From Thermoplasmata archaeon (GTDB lineage: Archaea; Thermoplasmatota; Thermoplasmata; Lutacidiplasmatales; UBA184), in NCBI GenBank assembly GCA_027315165.1, contig DAHUYN010000007.1, positions 10,260 to 74,259 of the forward strand: a stretch of 64,000 nucleotides of DNA, in the 5' to 3' direction. The notes beneath the pieces were generated by a model, which searched no databases, was not told where the DNA came from, and was given only the letters and a program-made list of their open reading frames with translations. Below, one piece after another: positions 52,464 through 60,841 of this stretch. The stretch's first letter is position 1. Each line of letters opens with the position of its first letter. The translations under genes and the position numbers were made by a program.

Positions 52464-54077
52464 GTGAGGGTGATGCCTCCTCGCCTCTCCTCACGCACCG
52501 GGGCCGCGCTCGCGGCGGTGGCGATCGTCGTCCTCCTCGTTGTCACGGTCCCGGTGCCGACGGCGAGCGCCGCCTGTCCGAGCCCGGTCGCGGACCCGAC
52601 GACGACGACCCCGCTGCACCACATCTTCCTGATCATCAAGGAGAACCACGCCTTCGAGAACTACTTCGGCGAGCTCCCGGGGGTCGTCGGATACCCGCCG
52701 AACGGCTCGTTCCCGGCCGTCCTCGGGGGGCCCGCCACCGTCCACCCGTTCCCGATCCCCGGCAGCTCGACCCCGGACCTTCCCCACGACCGGGCCACGG
52801 AGGTCGCAGCGTGGGACGGTGGACGCAACGACCTGTTCGTCGCGCAGGCGCGGGCCGACGGCTACGCGAACGCGAACGACACGGTCGGCTACTACGGCCC
52901 CACGCAGCTCGCCCCGTACTACGCACTCGCCCGGAACTACACGCTCTCGGACGAGTTCTTCAGCGGCGTGATGGGCCCGACGCTCCCCAATCGCCTCTTC
53001 GACCTCGCCGCGACGAGCGGTGGCTGGCTCAACGACTCTCCTCCGCCGCCCTCGGCGATGGAGTTCCCCACCGTCCTCGACCAGCTCTCCGGCGCGGGTC
53101 TTTCCTGGGCCTACGACTACACCGGAGCGAACCGCTCCTACGTCCCCGCGCTCTACCTGCCGTCGATCGCCGACGTGCCGTGCCGCGCCGCGCTCGTCGT
53201 CCCGATCTCCGAGCTCTCGTCGCAGCTGGACGGACCCGCTCCGCCCGCCGTGACGGTCATCGACCCCTCGGGGTTCCTCTCGTACTCCGAGCACCCGCCC
53301 GCGAACGTCACGCTCGGCGCGGAGTGGACCGCGAGGCTCCTCGAGACGATCTTCTCGAGCCCCGTCGCGAGCTCGTCGGCGGCGTTCGTCTACTACGACG
53401 AGGCGGGCGGCTACTGGGACCCGGTCTCGCCGCCGGTCCGGGACGCCGTCGGGGACGGCTTTCGCGTGCCGCTCCTGACCATCTCGCCGTGGACGCCCGC
53501 CGGCGCGATCGACACGACGCCGACCGACCCGGCGAGCCTGCTCCATCTCATCGACGAGAACTTCGGGCTTCCCGCGCTGAACGCCCGCGTCGCCGCTTCC
53601 GTCGTCCCGGGCGACTGGTTCAACTTCTCCCGTCCCCCTCGCAGCTACGAGGGTCCCTCGTCGACGCTGCCGCCGTCGGGCCTCACGGTCGGGACGCCGG
53701 CCCTGTCGAGGCCGGCGATCGAGGGCGCTCGTCCGCCGCTCGGCCCCGTGGGCCCGGCGGCGCCGCCGGCCCTGGCCCTCGCCGCAGGGTCGCGAGGAAG
53801 TGGTCCCCGAGCGCCCGGAACGGCCACACCGAGCCGACGCGCCGGTCCCACCGGGCGAGCGTCTCGAACCGGCGCGAGAACCGCTCCGCATAGGCGACGA
53901 GGTCCGAGGGCGGCAACAGGACCGGCACCCCTTCGAGCCGTTCGAGCGAGAACGCCGGGGCGCACCGTCGCGCGAACTCCCACGCCGAGTAGGCAAAAAC
54001 GTCGATACAGAAGCGCGAGGCGCCGACCCGGATCGGGTTCTTGGCCCGGCCGAACGCCCGCCCCGGCTGCCCCGTGA
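52464..54077 (+). CDS. secreted phosphoesterase-family protein (phospholipase C / acid phosphatase AcpA family)
   Basis: Signal peptide/TM at the N-terminus, then HHIFLIIKENHAFENYFG (PF04185-like motif) and a conserved family core extending to about 53650. The last roughly 140 codons are low-complexity and overlap the convergent methyltransferase gene. Confidence 0.7.
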   Translation: MRVMPPRLSSRTGAALAAVAIVVLLVVTVPVPTASAACPSPVADPTTTTPLHHIFLIIKENHAFENYFGELPGVVGYPPNGSFPAVLGGPATVHPFPIPGSSTPDLPHDRATEVAAWDGGRNDLFVAQARADGYANANDTVGYYGPTQLAPYYALARNYTLSDEFFSGVMGPTLPNRLFDLAATSGGWLNDSPPPPSAMEFPTVLDQLSGAGLSWAYDYTGANRSYVPALYLPSIADVPCRAALVVPISELSSQLDGPAPPAVTVIDPSGFLSYSEHPPANVTLGAEWTARLLETIFSSPVASSSAAFVYYDEAGGYWDPVSPPVRDAVGDGFRVPLLTISPWTPAGAIDTTPTDPASLLHLIDENFGLPALNARVAASVVPGDWFNFSRPPRSYEGPSSTLPPSGLTVGTPALSRPAIEGARPPLGPVGPAAPPALALAAGSRGSGPRAPGTATPSRRAGPTGRASRTGARTAPHRRRGPRAATGPAPLRAVRARTPGRTVARTPTPSRQKRRYRSARRRPGSGSWPGRTPAPAAP

Positions 54078-54918
54078 GGCCGTAGCCGGCCAGCTCGAAG
54101 AGGCACCAGCGGTTGTAGACACCGGCGAAGAACGGGGCGCCGGCGGGGAGGAGCGCCTCGAGCGCCGAGACGACCGGATCGAGGCTCACCTCGGCGTTGA
54201 GCGCCCCGTACGTCGAGTAGGCGCCGTCGAAGCTGCCGGCGCCGAGCTCGTCGACGAGGCCCCCCAGGTCCGCGGCCCGCCGCTTCGAGGTCGTGAGCCG
54301 CTCGCGAACGCCGGCGGCGCGGGCCTTCTCCTCGACGACGCGGAGCATCCGCTCGGAGATGTCGACGGCGAGGATCTCGTGGCCCTCCTCGAGCAGCGGG
54401 AGCGTCTCCATCCCCGAGCCGCAGCCGACCTCGAGGAGCCGACGGCGACCCGAGAACAGCGGGCGCATCCTCGAGAGCGACCGGTCGCGGAGGAGGCGGT
54501 TCATCCGGTTCCCGAGGATGTGCCGGTCGTAGTCGTCGGCGACGTTGTCGAACTCGGCCTCGAGCCAGCGGCGATATCGCGCCTCCGCGCCGGGCTCGAC
54601 GCCGGCCCCGAGGTCGACCCGGAGCACGCGCGCGGGGCTCTCGTAGAAACGGGCGAACGCCTCGTCGCCGTACTTCGTCCGGAACCTCTCGAGGATGCTG
54701 CGGCGCTCGGTCGGGTCCGCGACGAGGACGAGGGGTCCCGAGGCGGCGCCGTCGGCGAAGCGGAGCGTCACACGACCCTCGCGCAGGGCGTCGACCGGCC
54801 ATCGAGAGGCCCGGTCGCCGGCCACGAGGAAGACCTTGGACCCCTCGCGGACGAACCCGAGCGGGACCTCGCGGCCCGTCGCGAGGAGCCAGAGGTGTTC
54901 CTTCGAGGCGCCGGCCAT
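53683..54918 (-). CDS. fusion protein: DUF385-like (deazaflavin-dependent nitroreductase-family) N-domain plus class I SAM-dependent methyltransferase
   Basis: The N-terminal HLWLLATGREVPLGFVREGSKVFLVAGDRASRWPVDALREGRV resembles the DUF385 split-barrel. The middle has MTase motif I LEVGCGSGMETL and motif II ILAVDISERM. Confidence 0.65.
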   Translation of the reverse strand: MAGASKEHLWLLATGREVPLGFVREGSKVFLVAGDRASRWPVDALREGRVTLRFADGAASGPLVLVADPTERRSILERFRTKYGDEAFARFYESPARVLRVDLGAGVEPGAEARYRRWLEAEFDNVADDYDRHILGNRMNRLLRDRSLSRMRPLFSGRRRLLEVGCGSGMETLPLLEEGHEILAVDISERMLRVVEEKARAAGVRERLTTSKRRAADLGGLVDELGAGSFDGAYSTYGALNAEVSLDPVVSALEALLPAGAPFFAGVYNRWCLFELAGYGLTGQPGRAFGRAKNPIRVGASRFCIDVFAYSAWEFARRCAPAFSLERLEGVPVLLPPSDLVAYAERFSRRFETLARWDRRVGSVWPFRALGDHFLATLRRGPGPAAPPGPRGRAADERPRSPASTGPASRP

Positions 54919-55390
54919 CCGCGGACGGAGCCCCGCACACGGAGATAGAGTTGCCGGGGCGTCGCTCGCCCGCTCGAAGCCGAGAGCTCCTCAGCCGTTG
55001 AGCGGAGAGACCGTGCCGGTGAGCCAGGACGGGACCGCGGCGATCTGCGCCTCGGAGAGAAGAACGTGCTCGGGGAACACGCCGGTGCCGAACGGCCTCG
55101 AGAGGTGGGTCTTCCGGCCGAAGTAGAGCGCGTAAGCGTGGGGGTCGTTGGCGACGAGCGGGAACCGGTCCTCCGAGGCGACGACCGTCGCGCCCGCCGG
55201 CACCCTCGACGCGAGCGAGGCGGGGCCGTGAGGTTCCCCGACGGCGCGAGCGACACATCGTAGCCGAGGGGCGTGTTCGTCGACAACGCCGGGTCGAGCG
55301 GGCACGCGAGCCGGTTCAACGCGACGAGCGCGACGGCCGCGCGCGCGGGGCCGGAACGGGCGTCGGGTCGGTCGAGGCCTCCGCCAACGC

Positions 55391-56383
55391 CTATCCCCCC
55401 GGCCCCGCGAGCCCGACCTCGTCCGGGCGCGCCGGGTCCGCTCCCGCGTCCTCTCGGGGCGGCCCCGTCACGCGCGCCCACGTCGCCTCCGGCGCTCCGC
55501 CGCGCAGGGTCTCGGCGAGGGCCCTCAGGCGTGCCGCGGCCTCCGCGAGGAGCAGCGTCGGGGCTCCGACGGGTTCCCGCGACAGGGCCCGCAGCAGCGT
55601 CCGCGAGCCCCACGAAGGCTCGCGCAGCGCGAGCCCCGCGAACCCGAGCGGAGGCTCCCCCGGCTCCCGGCTGAGCTGGCGGTGTCCCGAGAGGATGCGC
55701 GCCCGCTGCGCCACGAGCGCACGGAACGATCCCGGCAACGTGATCTCGACCTCGGCGTCGCGCGCGTACAAGAGCGAGCCTCGACGACGCCGCAGGGTCC
55801 GGGCGAGGTAGGCGCCGTCGTTCACGACCCCGACCGGCAGCTCCGGGAGCGCGTCGAGCGGCAGGGCCAGAAGCTCGTCCGACAGGTGGTTGCCGCCCCC
55901 GCCGGCGAGAAGGTGCTCGTGGAAGCGGTCGTGGAGCGCCCACAGCAGCCGGAGCGCGCTCGCGAGCGGGCCCCGCTCGTCGGTCGGGACGACCGGACGC
56001 CCCATGATGCCGAACGGTCCGCTCGGCGCCGACTGCGCGGCCCCGACAAGCGCGAGGACGGCGCCCGGGCGGGCCCTCGCGTCGCCGTTGAGGAGGATCA
56101 ACAGGTCCCCCGAGGCACGGCGGAAGACCTCGGCGAGCGCGGCGGACTTGCCGCGCCGTCCGGTCTCGACGACGACCTGGACCCGCGGGTCCGACTCGGC
56201 GGCGCGGCGCGCGTGCGAGACGGTCGCGGCGCCGTCGGGCGAGACCACGACCCAGATCGCCTCCCAGTCCGCACCGGGCGGCATCGCCTGGCCGGTGAGC
56301 GAGCGGACCGCCTCGGCGATGCGCGACCCCTCCTCGAAGCCGACGACGCCGCCGACGAGGCGGCGATACACCGTCGAGGTCAT
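55391..56383 (-). CDS. family 2 glycosyltransferase
   Basis: Internal start MTSTVYRRLVGG, with the ATG overlapping the upstream gene stop. GT-A fold signatures VVSPDGAATVSHARRAA, GKSAALAEVF and the DxD-like LLNGDA. Confidence 0.75.
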   Translation of the reverse strand: MTSTVYRRLVGGVVGFEEGSRIAEAVRSLTGQAMPPGADWEAIWVVVSPDGAATVSHARRAAESDPRVQVVVETGRRGKSAALAEVFRRASGDLLILLNGDARARPGAVLALVGAAQSAPSGPFGIMGRPVVPTDERGPLASALRLLWALHDRFHEHLLAGGGGNHLSDELLALPLDALPELPVGVVNDGAYLARTLRRRRGSLLYARDAEVEITLPGSFRALVAQRARILSGHRQLSREPGEPPLGFAGLALREPSWGSRTLLRALSREPVGAPTLLLAEAAARLRALAETLRGGAPEATWARVTGPPREDAGADPARPDEVGLAGPGG

Positions 56384-57333
56384 TCCGAGGCGGGTGCCGT
56401 CCAGGACGGCACGCCGTACTGCCGGCGCAGCTCCTCGTAGCGGTCGGAGAGGAAGGCCATCCGCCCCCACGCCGTCACCGTCCGGAACTGGCGCTCGGGT
56501 CGAGCCTGCCGTCGGAAGCGCGCGTTTCGGACGAGGCCCTGGAGCTGAAGGTAGGCGGCGACCGGCAGGAACGCGAGGGCACTCAGCAGGCGGACGCCCG
56601 TCGGGACGGTCAGGTCCTTCGAGGGACCGGAGGTGTCGGGAAGCTGCCATCGGTCGTAGAGTCGAGGGAGCTCGGACCGCATCCACCGCCCGTGCGCGAG
56701 CAGCTCACGGTACTCGGCCTCGCCGAGCATCGGGCGGGCCGAGAGCGCCTCCCGCGCGAAGAGGAGACCCTTCGGCTCGGCGAACGCGGCGCGCGCGGCC
56801 GGCTCGTCGAGGACCAGGTTGAGGCAGGCGGGCGCGGCGCGGGAGCGGCCGCGGACCGACGCGAGGCGGATCCGAAGGTAGGCGACGGCGAGGACCCACC
56901 AGAGCGAGCCGCGGCGGGTGACGAGCAGGAGGTCGAGGTCGTCCCCCTCCATCGGCTCGCCAAAAGCGGTCGAGCCGGTGACGCACAGGCACAGCACCCA
57001 GCGGTGGATCGGGGCCAGCTCCTCGCGCGTGAGGCGGTGGGCCTGCTCGAGGTAGCCACGGCCGCGGTCCTTTCGGGCCCGTCGCGCCGCCTCGGCCGGT
57101 TGAAGCTGGCTCGAGAAGGCGATGCCGTCCACCACCGGCGTCGGAGGCGTGCGCGACCGAAGCCACGCCTCGAGCTCGGAGGGCCGACGGGGCGCGCCGT
57201 CCGGCAGGAGCGTCGCGAGCTCGTCGAGCGCCACGCCCGTCCCATGGAGGCGGGCGACCTCGAGGAGCGCGGCGACACGCTGCTCGGTCGGTTCCTCCGA
57301 GGGATACGGCGGAGACGGAGGGTCCCCGTCCAT
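56380..57333 (-). CDS. nucleotidyltransferase-domain protein (Pol-beta superfamily), unknown substrate
   Basis: 317-aa C-terminal segment of the 1054-aa ORF, starting at MDGDPPSPPYPS. A TAAATATC box lies 21 nt upstream. The NTase motif is GSTAFGEPMEGDDLDLLLV (hG[GS]x9-13Dh[DE]h). Confidence 0.55.
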   Translation of the reverse strand: MDGDPPSPPYPSEEPTEQRVAALLEVARLHGTGVALDELATLLPDGAPRRPSELEAWLRSRTPPTPVVDGIAFSSQLQPAEAARRARKDRGRGYLEQAHRLTREELAPIHRWVLCLCVTGSTAFGEPMEGDDLDLLLVTRRGSLWWVLAVAYLRIRLASVRGRSRAAPACLNLVLDEPAARAAFAEPKGLLFAREALSARPMLGEAEYRELLAHGRWMRSELPRLYDRWQLPDTSGPSKDLTVPTGVRLLSALAFLPVAAYLQLQGLVRNARFRRQARPERQFRTVTAWGRMAFLSDRYEELRRQYGVPSWTAPASE

Positions 57334-57355
57334 CGGCCGTGGAAGCACGGCGGGG

Positions 57356-57363
57356 ATATTTAG
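57356..57363 (-). promoter_or_regulatory. TATA box (TAAATATC on the minus strand) for the nucleotidyltransferase-GT2 unit
   Basis: 21 nt upstream of the ATG at 57333, giving a leaderless transcript. Confidence 0.4.
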
Positions 57364-57446
57364 GCGCGAGGCGGCTCTCACGCCCCGAGACCGCCGGCGG
57401 CGCCGGCTCCACCGCCCCCGGTCCCCGTCGGCCCGAAGCTCCGCCT

Positions 57447-57665
57447 CTAGGACGAGCGTTTCTCGCGGGCGAGGGCCGCCACGATGGCCGGGATCTCGTA
57501 GTCGAGGTTCTCGACGACCTTGTCCCCGACGGGTCGCCGTTGGAGGACCACGCCGGCCCGGCTGACCAGGAAGAGGTACGACCGGTGCTTCATGTCCACG
57601 CCGAAGCAGACCCCGTGGTTCGAGAAGAGGTACTTGAGGAAGAGGCGCTCGGAGTAGATCTTCAT
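57447..57665 (-). CDS. PqqD-family-like small protein (candidate peptide-binding chaperone / RiPP recognition element)
   Basis: 72 aa: MKIYSERLFLKYLFSNHGVCFGVDMKHRSYLFLVSRAGVVLQRRPVGDKVVENLDYEIPAIVAALAREKRSS. The pattern HG..FG.D.K...Y..L...AG matches the PqqD beta-hairpin consensus (dGg.vllD...g.Y..LN..Ga). It lies 6 nt downstream of the propeller-protein gene. Confidence 0.45.
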   Translation of the reverse strand: MKIYSERLFLKYLFSNHGVCFGVDMKHRSYLFLVSRAGVVLQRRPVGDKVVENLDYEIPAIVAALAREKRSS

Positions 57666-57671
57666 CGGGGG

Positions 57672-58826
57672 TCACCGTCCGTCCGGGAGCGTCAGCGACG
57701 CCATCGCCCCGACGCTGTACCCCGTCGTCTCGTTGAGATCCCCCTGCCCGACGAGGAGCAGCGTCATCGGGCCGAGCCACGGCGCCCAGCCCGCGAACTG
57801 GACCTGGCCGCCGGCGAACGAGGCGGGGAGCTGCGACGAGAGGTCCGTGACGACGCCGAGGTCCGGTGAGACGAGTACGAGCTGGGGCGTCGAGCCGGTG
57901 GCGCCGCCGCTCCCCTTTCCGACGACGACCCATCCCGTCGGGGTCGAGACGACGCCGCTGGCCCATCGGTCGAAGGTCGGGGGAAGCGCCGGTCCTTGCC
58001 GCACCGTCGTGCCGTCGACGACGACGAGAGCCGCCGGAGCCCCGCCCCCGACGAGCCAGGCCGACCCGTTCCAGTCGGCTCCGAAGACACCGCCCGTCGC
58101 GAACGGGGTGGCAACGAGGAGGTCGGTGTACCGTCCGCCCGCGAGAGCTCCGAAGACGCCCTTCCCTCCGACGAGCCATCCGGTGCCGTTCCAGACGAGC
58201 AGTTGGATGAACCCGCCTCGCGGGTTGTGGGGCAGGAGGCCGGTGAGGTCGGTCGCCGTCCCGCCGCTCCACGCGACCATCGACGCGCCGCTCGAGCTGT
58301 TGCCCGCGAGAAGCCAGGCGGTCCCGTTCCAGCCGACCGCCCAGATCCCTCCGTCGTGGAAGTACGACGCCACGCGGGGGGTCAGGTTCTCCAAGAGGTC
58401 GCCGTGGAGGGCGTAGAGGACGCCGCCGCTCGTCGCCCCCCAGGTCGCCTCTCCCGAGAGCATCCAGGCGCTCCCGTTCCAGACGGTGCCGAAGACGCCC
58501 CCGTGCCGGAACGCCTCGGCGACGGTCGGCGTGACGTTCGTCACGACGCCGAGATCGGTGAACGCGGCGAGCTCCGGGTCCGTCTGGTCGATCGCCTTGT
58601 TCCACGCCGAGATCCCGGCGAGGAAGCCGCCCGAGCCGTTGTAGCCGAAGCCCTGGATCGCGCCCGGATGGAACGTCCCGACGAGGAGCGGCGTGAGGTC
58701 GGCGACGCGAGGAGCGGCGACGGGCGAGACCGAGGCGGCGCGCTCGTTGCCGGCGATCGCCCCCGCGAGCGCGGCGGCGACGAGAACGACCACGAGGAGG
58801 CTCGTCGAGGCTTCTCGAGAGACCAT
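57672..58826 (-). CDS. secreted repeat protein (beta-propeller-like; WNG[ST]AW tandem repeats)
   Basis: 384 aa with the signal peptide LLVVVLVAAALAGAIAG and at least 6 repeats of about 45 aa centred on G(V/I)FG..WNGSAW(L/M)..G. The repeat core doubles as an N-glycosylation sequon. Confidence 0.6.
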   Translation of the reverse strand: MVSREASTSLLVVVLVAAALAGAIAGNERAASVSPVAAPRVADLTPLLVGTFHPGAIQGFGYNGSGGFLAGISAWNKAIDQTDPELAAFTDLGVVTNVTPTVAEAFRHGGVFGTVWNGSAWMLSGEATWGATSGGVLYALHGDLLENLTPRVASYFHDGGIWAVGWNGTAWLLAGNSSSGASMVAWSGGTATDLTGLLPHNPRGGFIQLLVWNGTGWLVGGKGVFGALAGGRYTDLLVATPFATGGVFGADWNGSAWLVGGGAPAALVVVDGTTVRQGPALPPTFDRWASGVVSTPTGWVVVGKGSGGATGSTPQLVLVSPDLGVVTDLSSQLPASFAGGQVQFAGWAPWLGPMTLLLVGQGDLNETTGYSVGAMASLTLPDGR

Positions 58827-58924
58827 CGACCGGGGGAGGGGCGGCCTCGGAAAAGCTTCGCGGCGGCCCGGAGCCGGCCGGGGACGGGCACACGCTTAAC
58901 TCGCTCGAAGCCCTCGTGCGCAGG

Positions 58925-59716
58925 ATGGCCGACCCGATCGTGACGACCCGGCGGGGGAGCGTTCTCGAACTGCGCCTGAACCGACCCGAACGGCTCAACG
59001 CCTTGGACGTGCCGACGTTCCGGGCCCTTCGGACCGCCCTCGAGGACGCCGCGCTCGACCGGTCCGTCCGCGCCGTCCTCCTCACGGGCGAGGGGCGGGC
59101 CTTCTGCGCGGGGGGCGACGTGCAGACAATGGACGAGCATCGAGAGCGGGGCGAGCTGCCCCGGCTGTTCCACGAGCTCACCGGCGAGCAGGAGCGCTCG
59201 GTGCGCGAGATCCTCCAGATGCCAAAGCCGGTCGTCGCCGCGCTCCCCGGCGTCGCGGCCGGCGGCGGGCTCTCGCTGGCCCTCGCCGCCGACTGGCGGA
59301 TCGCGGCCCCCTCCGCGGTGCTCGTCCCGGCGTTCCCCGCTCTCGGAGCGGTCCCCGATGGCGGTCTCACGTACTTCCTGCCCCACTTCCTCGGCCTCGG
59401 GCTCGCGCAGGAGCTCTTGTTCACGAACGCCCGCGTGCCGGCAGAGCGCGCGCGCGAGCTCGGCCTCGTGCACGAGGTCGTGGCCTCCGAGCGCCTCGGC
59501 GCCCGCGCCTGGGAACGCGCCGAGGAGCTCGCCCAGGGCCCCACGTTCGCCTACGGCTGGATGAAGCACCTTCTCGTCTCGGCGTTCTCCGAGAGCCTCG
59601 AGACACAGCTCCAGCTCGAGCGCCGCGGCGCGGTCGCGGCGGCCGAGAGAGGCGAGCTCCCCGAGGGGATCAGCGCGTTCCGCGGGAAGCGTCCGCCGAA
59701 GTTCCCGCCGCCCTGA
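58925..59716 (+). CDS. enoyl-CoA hydratase/isomerase (crotonase family)
   Basis: The crotonase oxyanion-hole/active-site pattern is AFCAGGDV...PVVAALPGVAAGGG. ATG at 58925; a GTG at 58916 is also possible. Confidence 0.8.
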   Translation: MADPIVTTRRGSVLELRLNRPERLNALDVPTFRALRTALEDAALDRSVRAVLLTGEGRAFCAGGDVQTMDEHRERGELPRLFHELTGEQERSVREILQMPKPVVAALPGVAAGGGLSLALAADWRIAAPSAVLVPAFPALGAVPDGGLTYFLPHFLGLGLAQELLFTNARVPAERARELGLVHEVVASERLGARAWERAEELAQGPTFAYGWMKHLLVSAFSESLETQLQLERRGAVAAAERGELPEGISAFRGKRPPKFPPP

Positions 59717-60329
59717 GGGCGAGCGAACCTTCCGGCCAGGGCCGGTCGCGCAGCGCCTCGAGCCGCGACCGAGCGCGGGGCCATTCGCGCGCGACGAGGC
59801 TGTAGATGGCGCTCGAGCGGACGTAGCCGTCGGGCATCACCATGTGGTCGCGGAGGACGCCCTCGCGCTCGGCGCCGAGTCGCTCGAGCGCGGCCTGCGA
59901 GCTGAGGTTCCGCAGGTCCGTCTTGAACTGGACCCGGTTCGCGCCCTCGACCTCGAAGGCGTGGCGCAGGAGGAGGAGCTTGGCCTCGGTGTTCACCGGG
60001 GTGCGCCGGAACGGACGGCCGTACCAGGTCCCGCCGATCTCGAGCCGCTTGTGCTCGCGGTCGATCTCGAGGTAGCGGGTCATCCCGATCGGAGGGCCAT
60101 GGCCGGCGAGCTCGACCGCGAAGACGAGGTCGGTGCCGCGGGCCTCCCGCTCGAGCAGCGTGTCGATCAGCCGCGCCATCGAGGGGGCGTCCGGGCACGC
60201 CGGGTACGGCAGGTAGCGCCAGACGTCGGCGTCGTCGCCCCAGCGCGCGAGGCCGTCCGCCTGGCTGCGCTCGAGCGGGACGAGGTCGACCCAGCGGCCC
60301 GCGAGCCGCACGGGCGCTCGCAGCTCCAT
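59670..60329 (-). CDS. GNAT-family N-acetyltransferase (RimJ/RimL-like)
   Basis: 219 aa with Acetyltransf_3-type features (WYGRPFRRTPVNTEAKLLLLRHAFE). Overlaps the 3' end of the ECH gene. Confidence 0.7.
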   Translation of the reverse strand: MELRAPVRLAGRWVDLVPLERSQADGLARWGDDADVWRYLPYPACPDAPSMARLIDTLLEREARGTDLVFAVELAGHGPPIGMTRYLEIDREHKRLEIGGTWYGRPFRRTPVNTEAKLLLLRHAFEVEGANRVQFKTDLRNLSSQAALERLGAEREGVLRDHMVMPDGYVRSSAIYSLVAREWPRARSRLEALRDRPWPEGSLALRAAGTSADASRGTR

Positions 60330-60413
60330 CGCGACGGGGAAGGCCCCGAACCGTCCATAACGCCGCCGCTCCGACGACTGGGACGCCCTCGCACGGCTCG
60401 GGCCGCGCGAGGG

Positions 60414-60421
60414 TTAAATAA
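60414..60421 (+). promoter_or_regulatory. TATA box (TTAAATAA) of the nuo operon
   Basis: About 55 nt upstream of the nuoA ATG. A GAGGGG Shine-Dalgarno-like element lies 7 nt before the ATG. Confidence 0.45.
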
Positions 60422-60475
60422 GGTCGGAAGGTCGAGGCCGCCGGCGGTGGCGGGGAGGGCCACGCGAGGGGTACT

Positions 60476-60841
60476 ATGGAAGCCGGAACCGTCACGTTCC
60501 TCGCCTTCGTCGCCGTCGCCTCCGTCTTCGGCGGCGGCTCGCTCTACGCGAACCGGATGCTCGGAGCGCGTGCCCGTCGCTCCTACCTGCAGAAGACGAC
60601 CTACGAGTGCGGCGAGGAGGCGGAGGGGGAGGCGCAGATCGACTTCCCGACGCAGCACTACACCTTCGCGATCGTCTTCGTCGCCGTCGACGTTCTCGGC
60701 TTCGTTCTCGCTCTCTGGGGCCTCACGTTCCGCGGCATCAACTCGGCCTACGGGCCGACCCTGATCGCCTTCGGGTTCACCGCCCTCGCGCTCGCCGGCA
60801 TCTACTACGCCCTCCAGGGGGAGCGCAGGTGGGTCCTGTGA
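60476..60841 (+). CDS. nuoA: NADH-quinone oxidoreductase subunit A
   Basis: 121 aa with 3 TM helices and the conserved YECGEE motif. Confidence 0.85.
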   Translation: MEAGTVTFLAFVAVASVFGGGSLYANRMLGARARRSYLQKTTYECGEEAEGEAQIDFPTQHYTFAIVFVAVDVLGFVLALWGLTFRGINSAYGPTLIAFGFTALALAGIYYALQGERRWVL

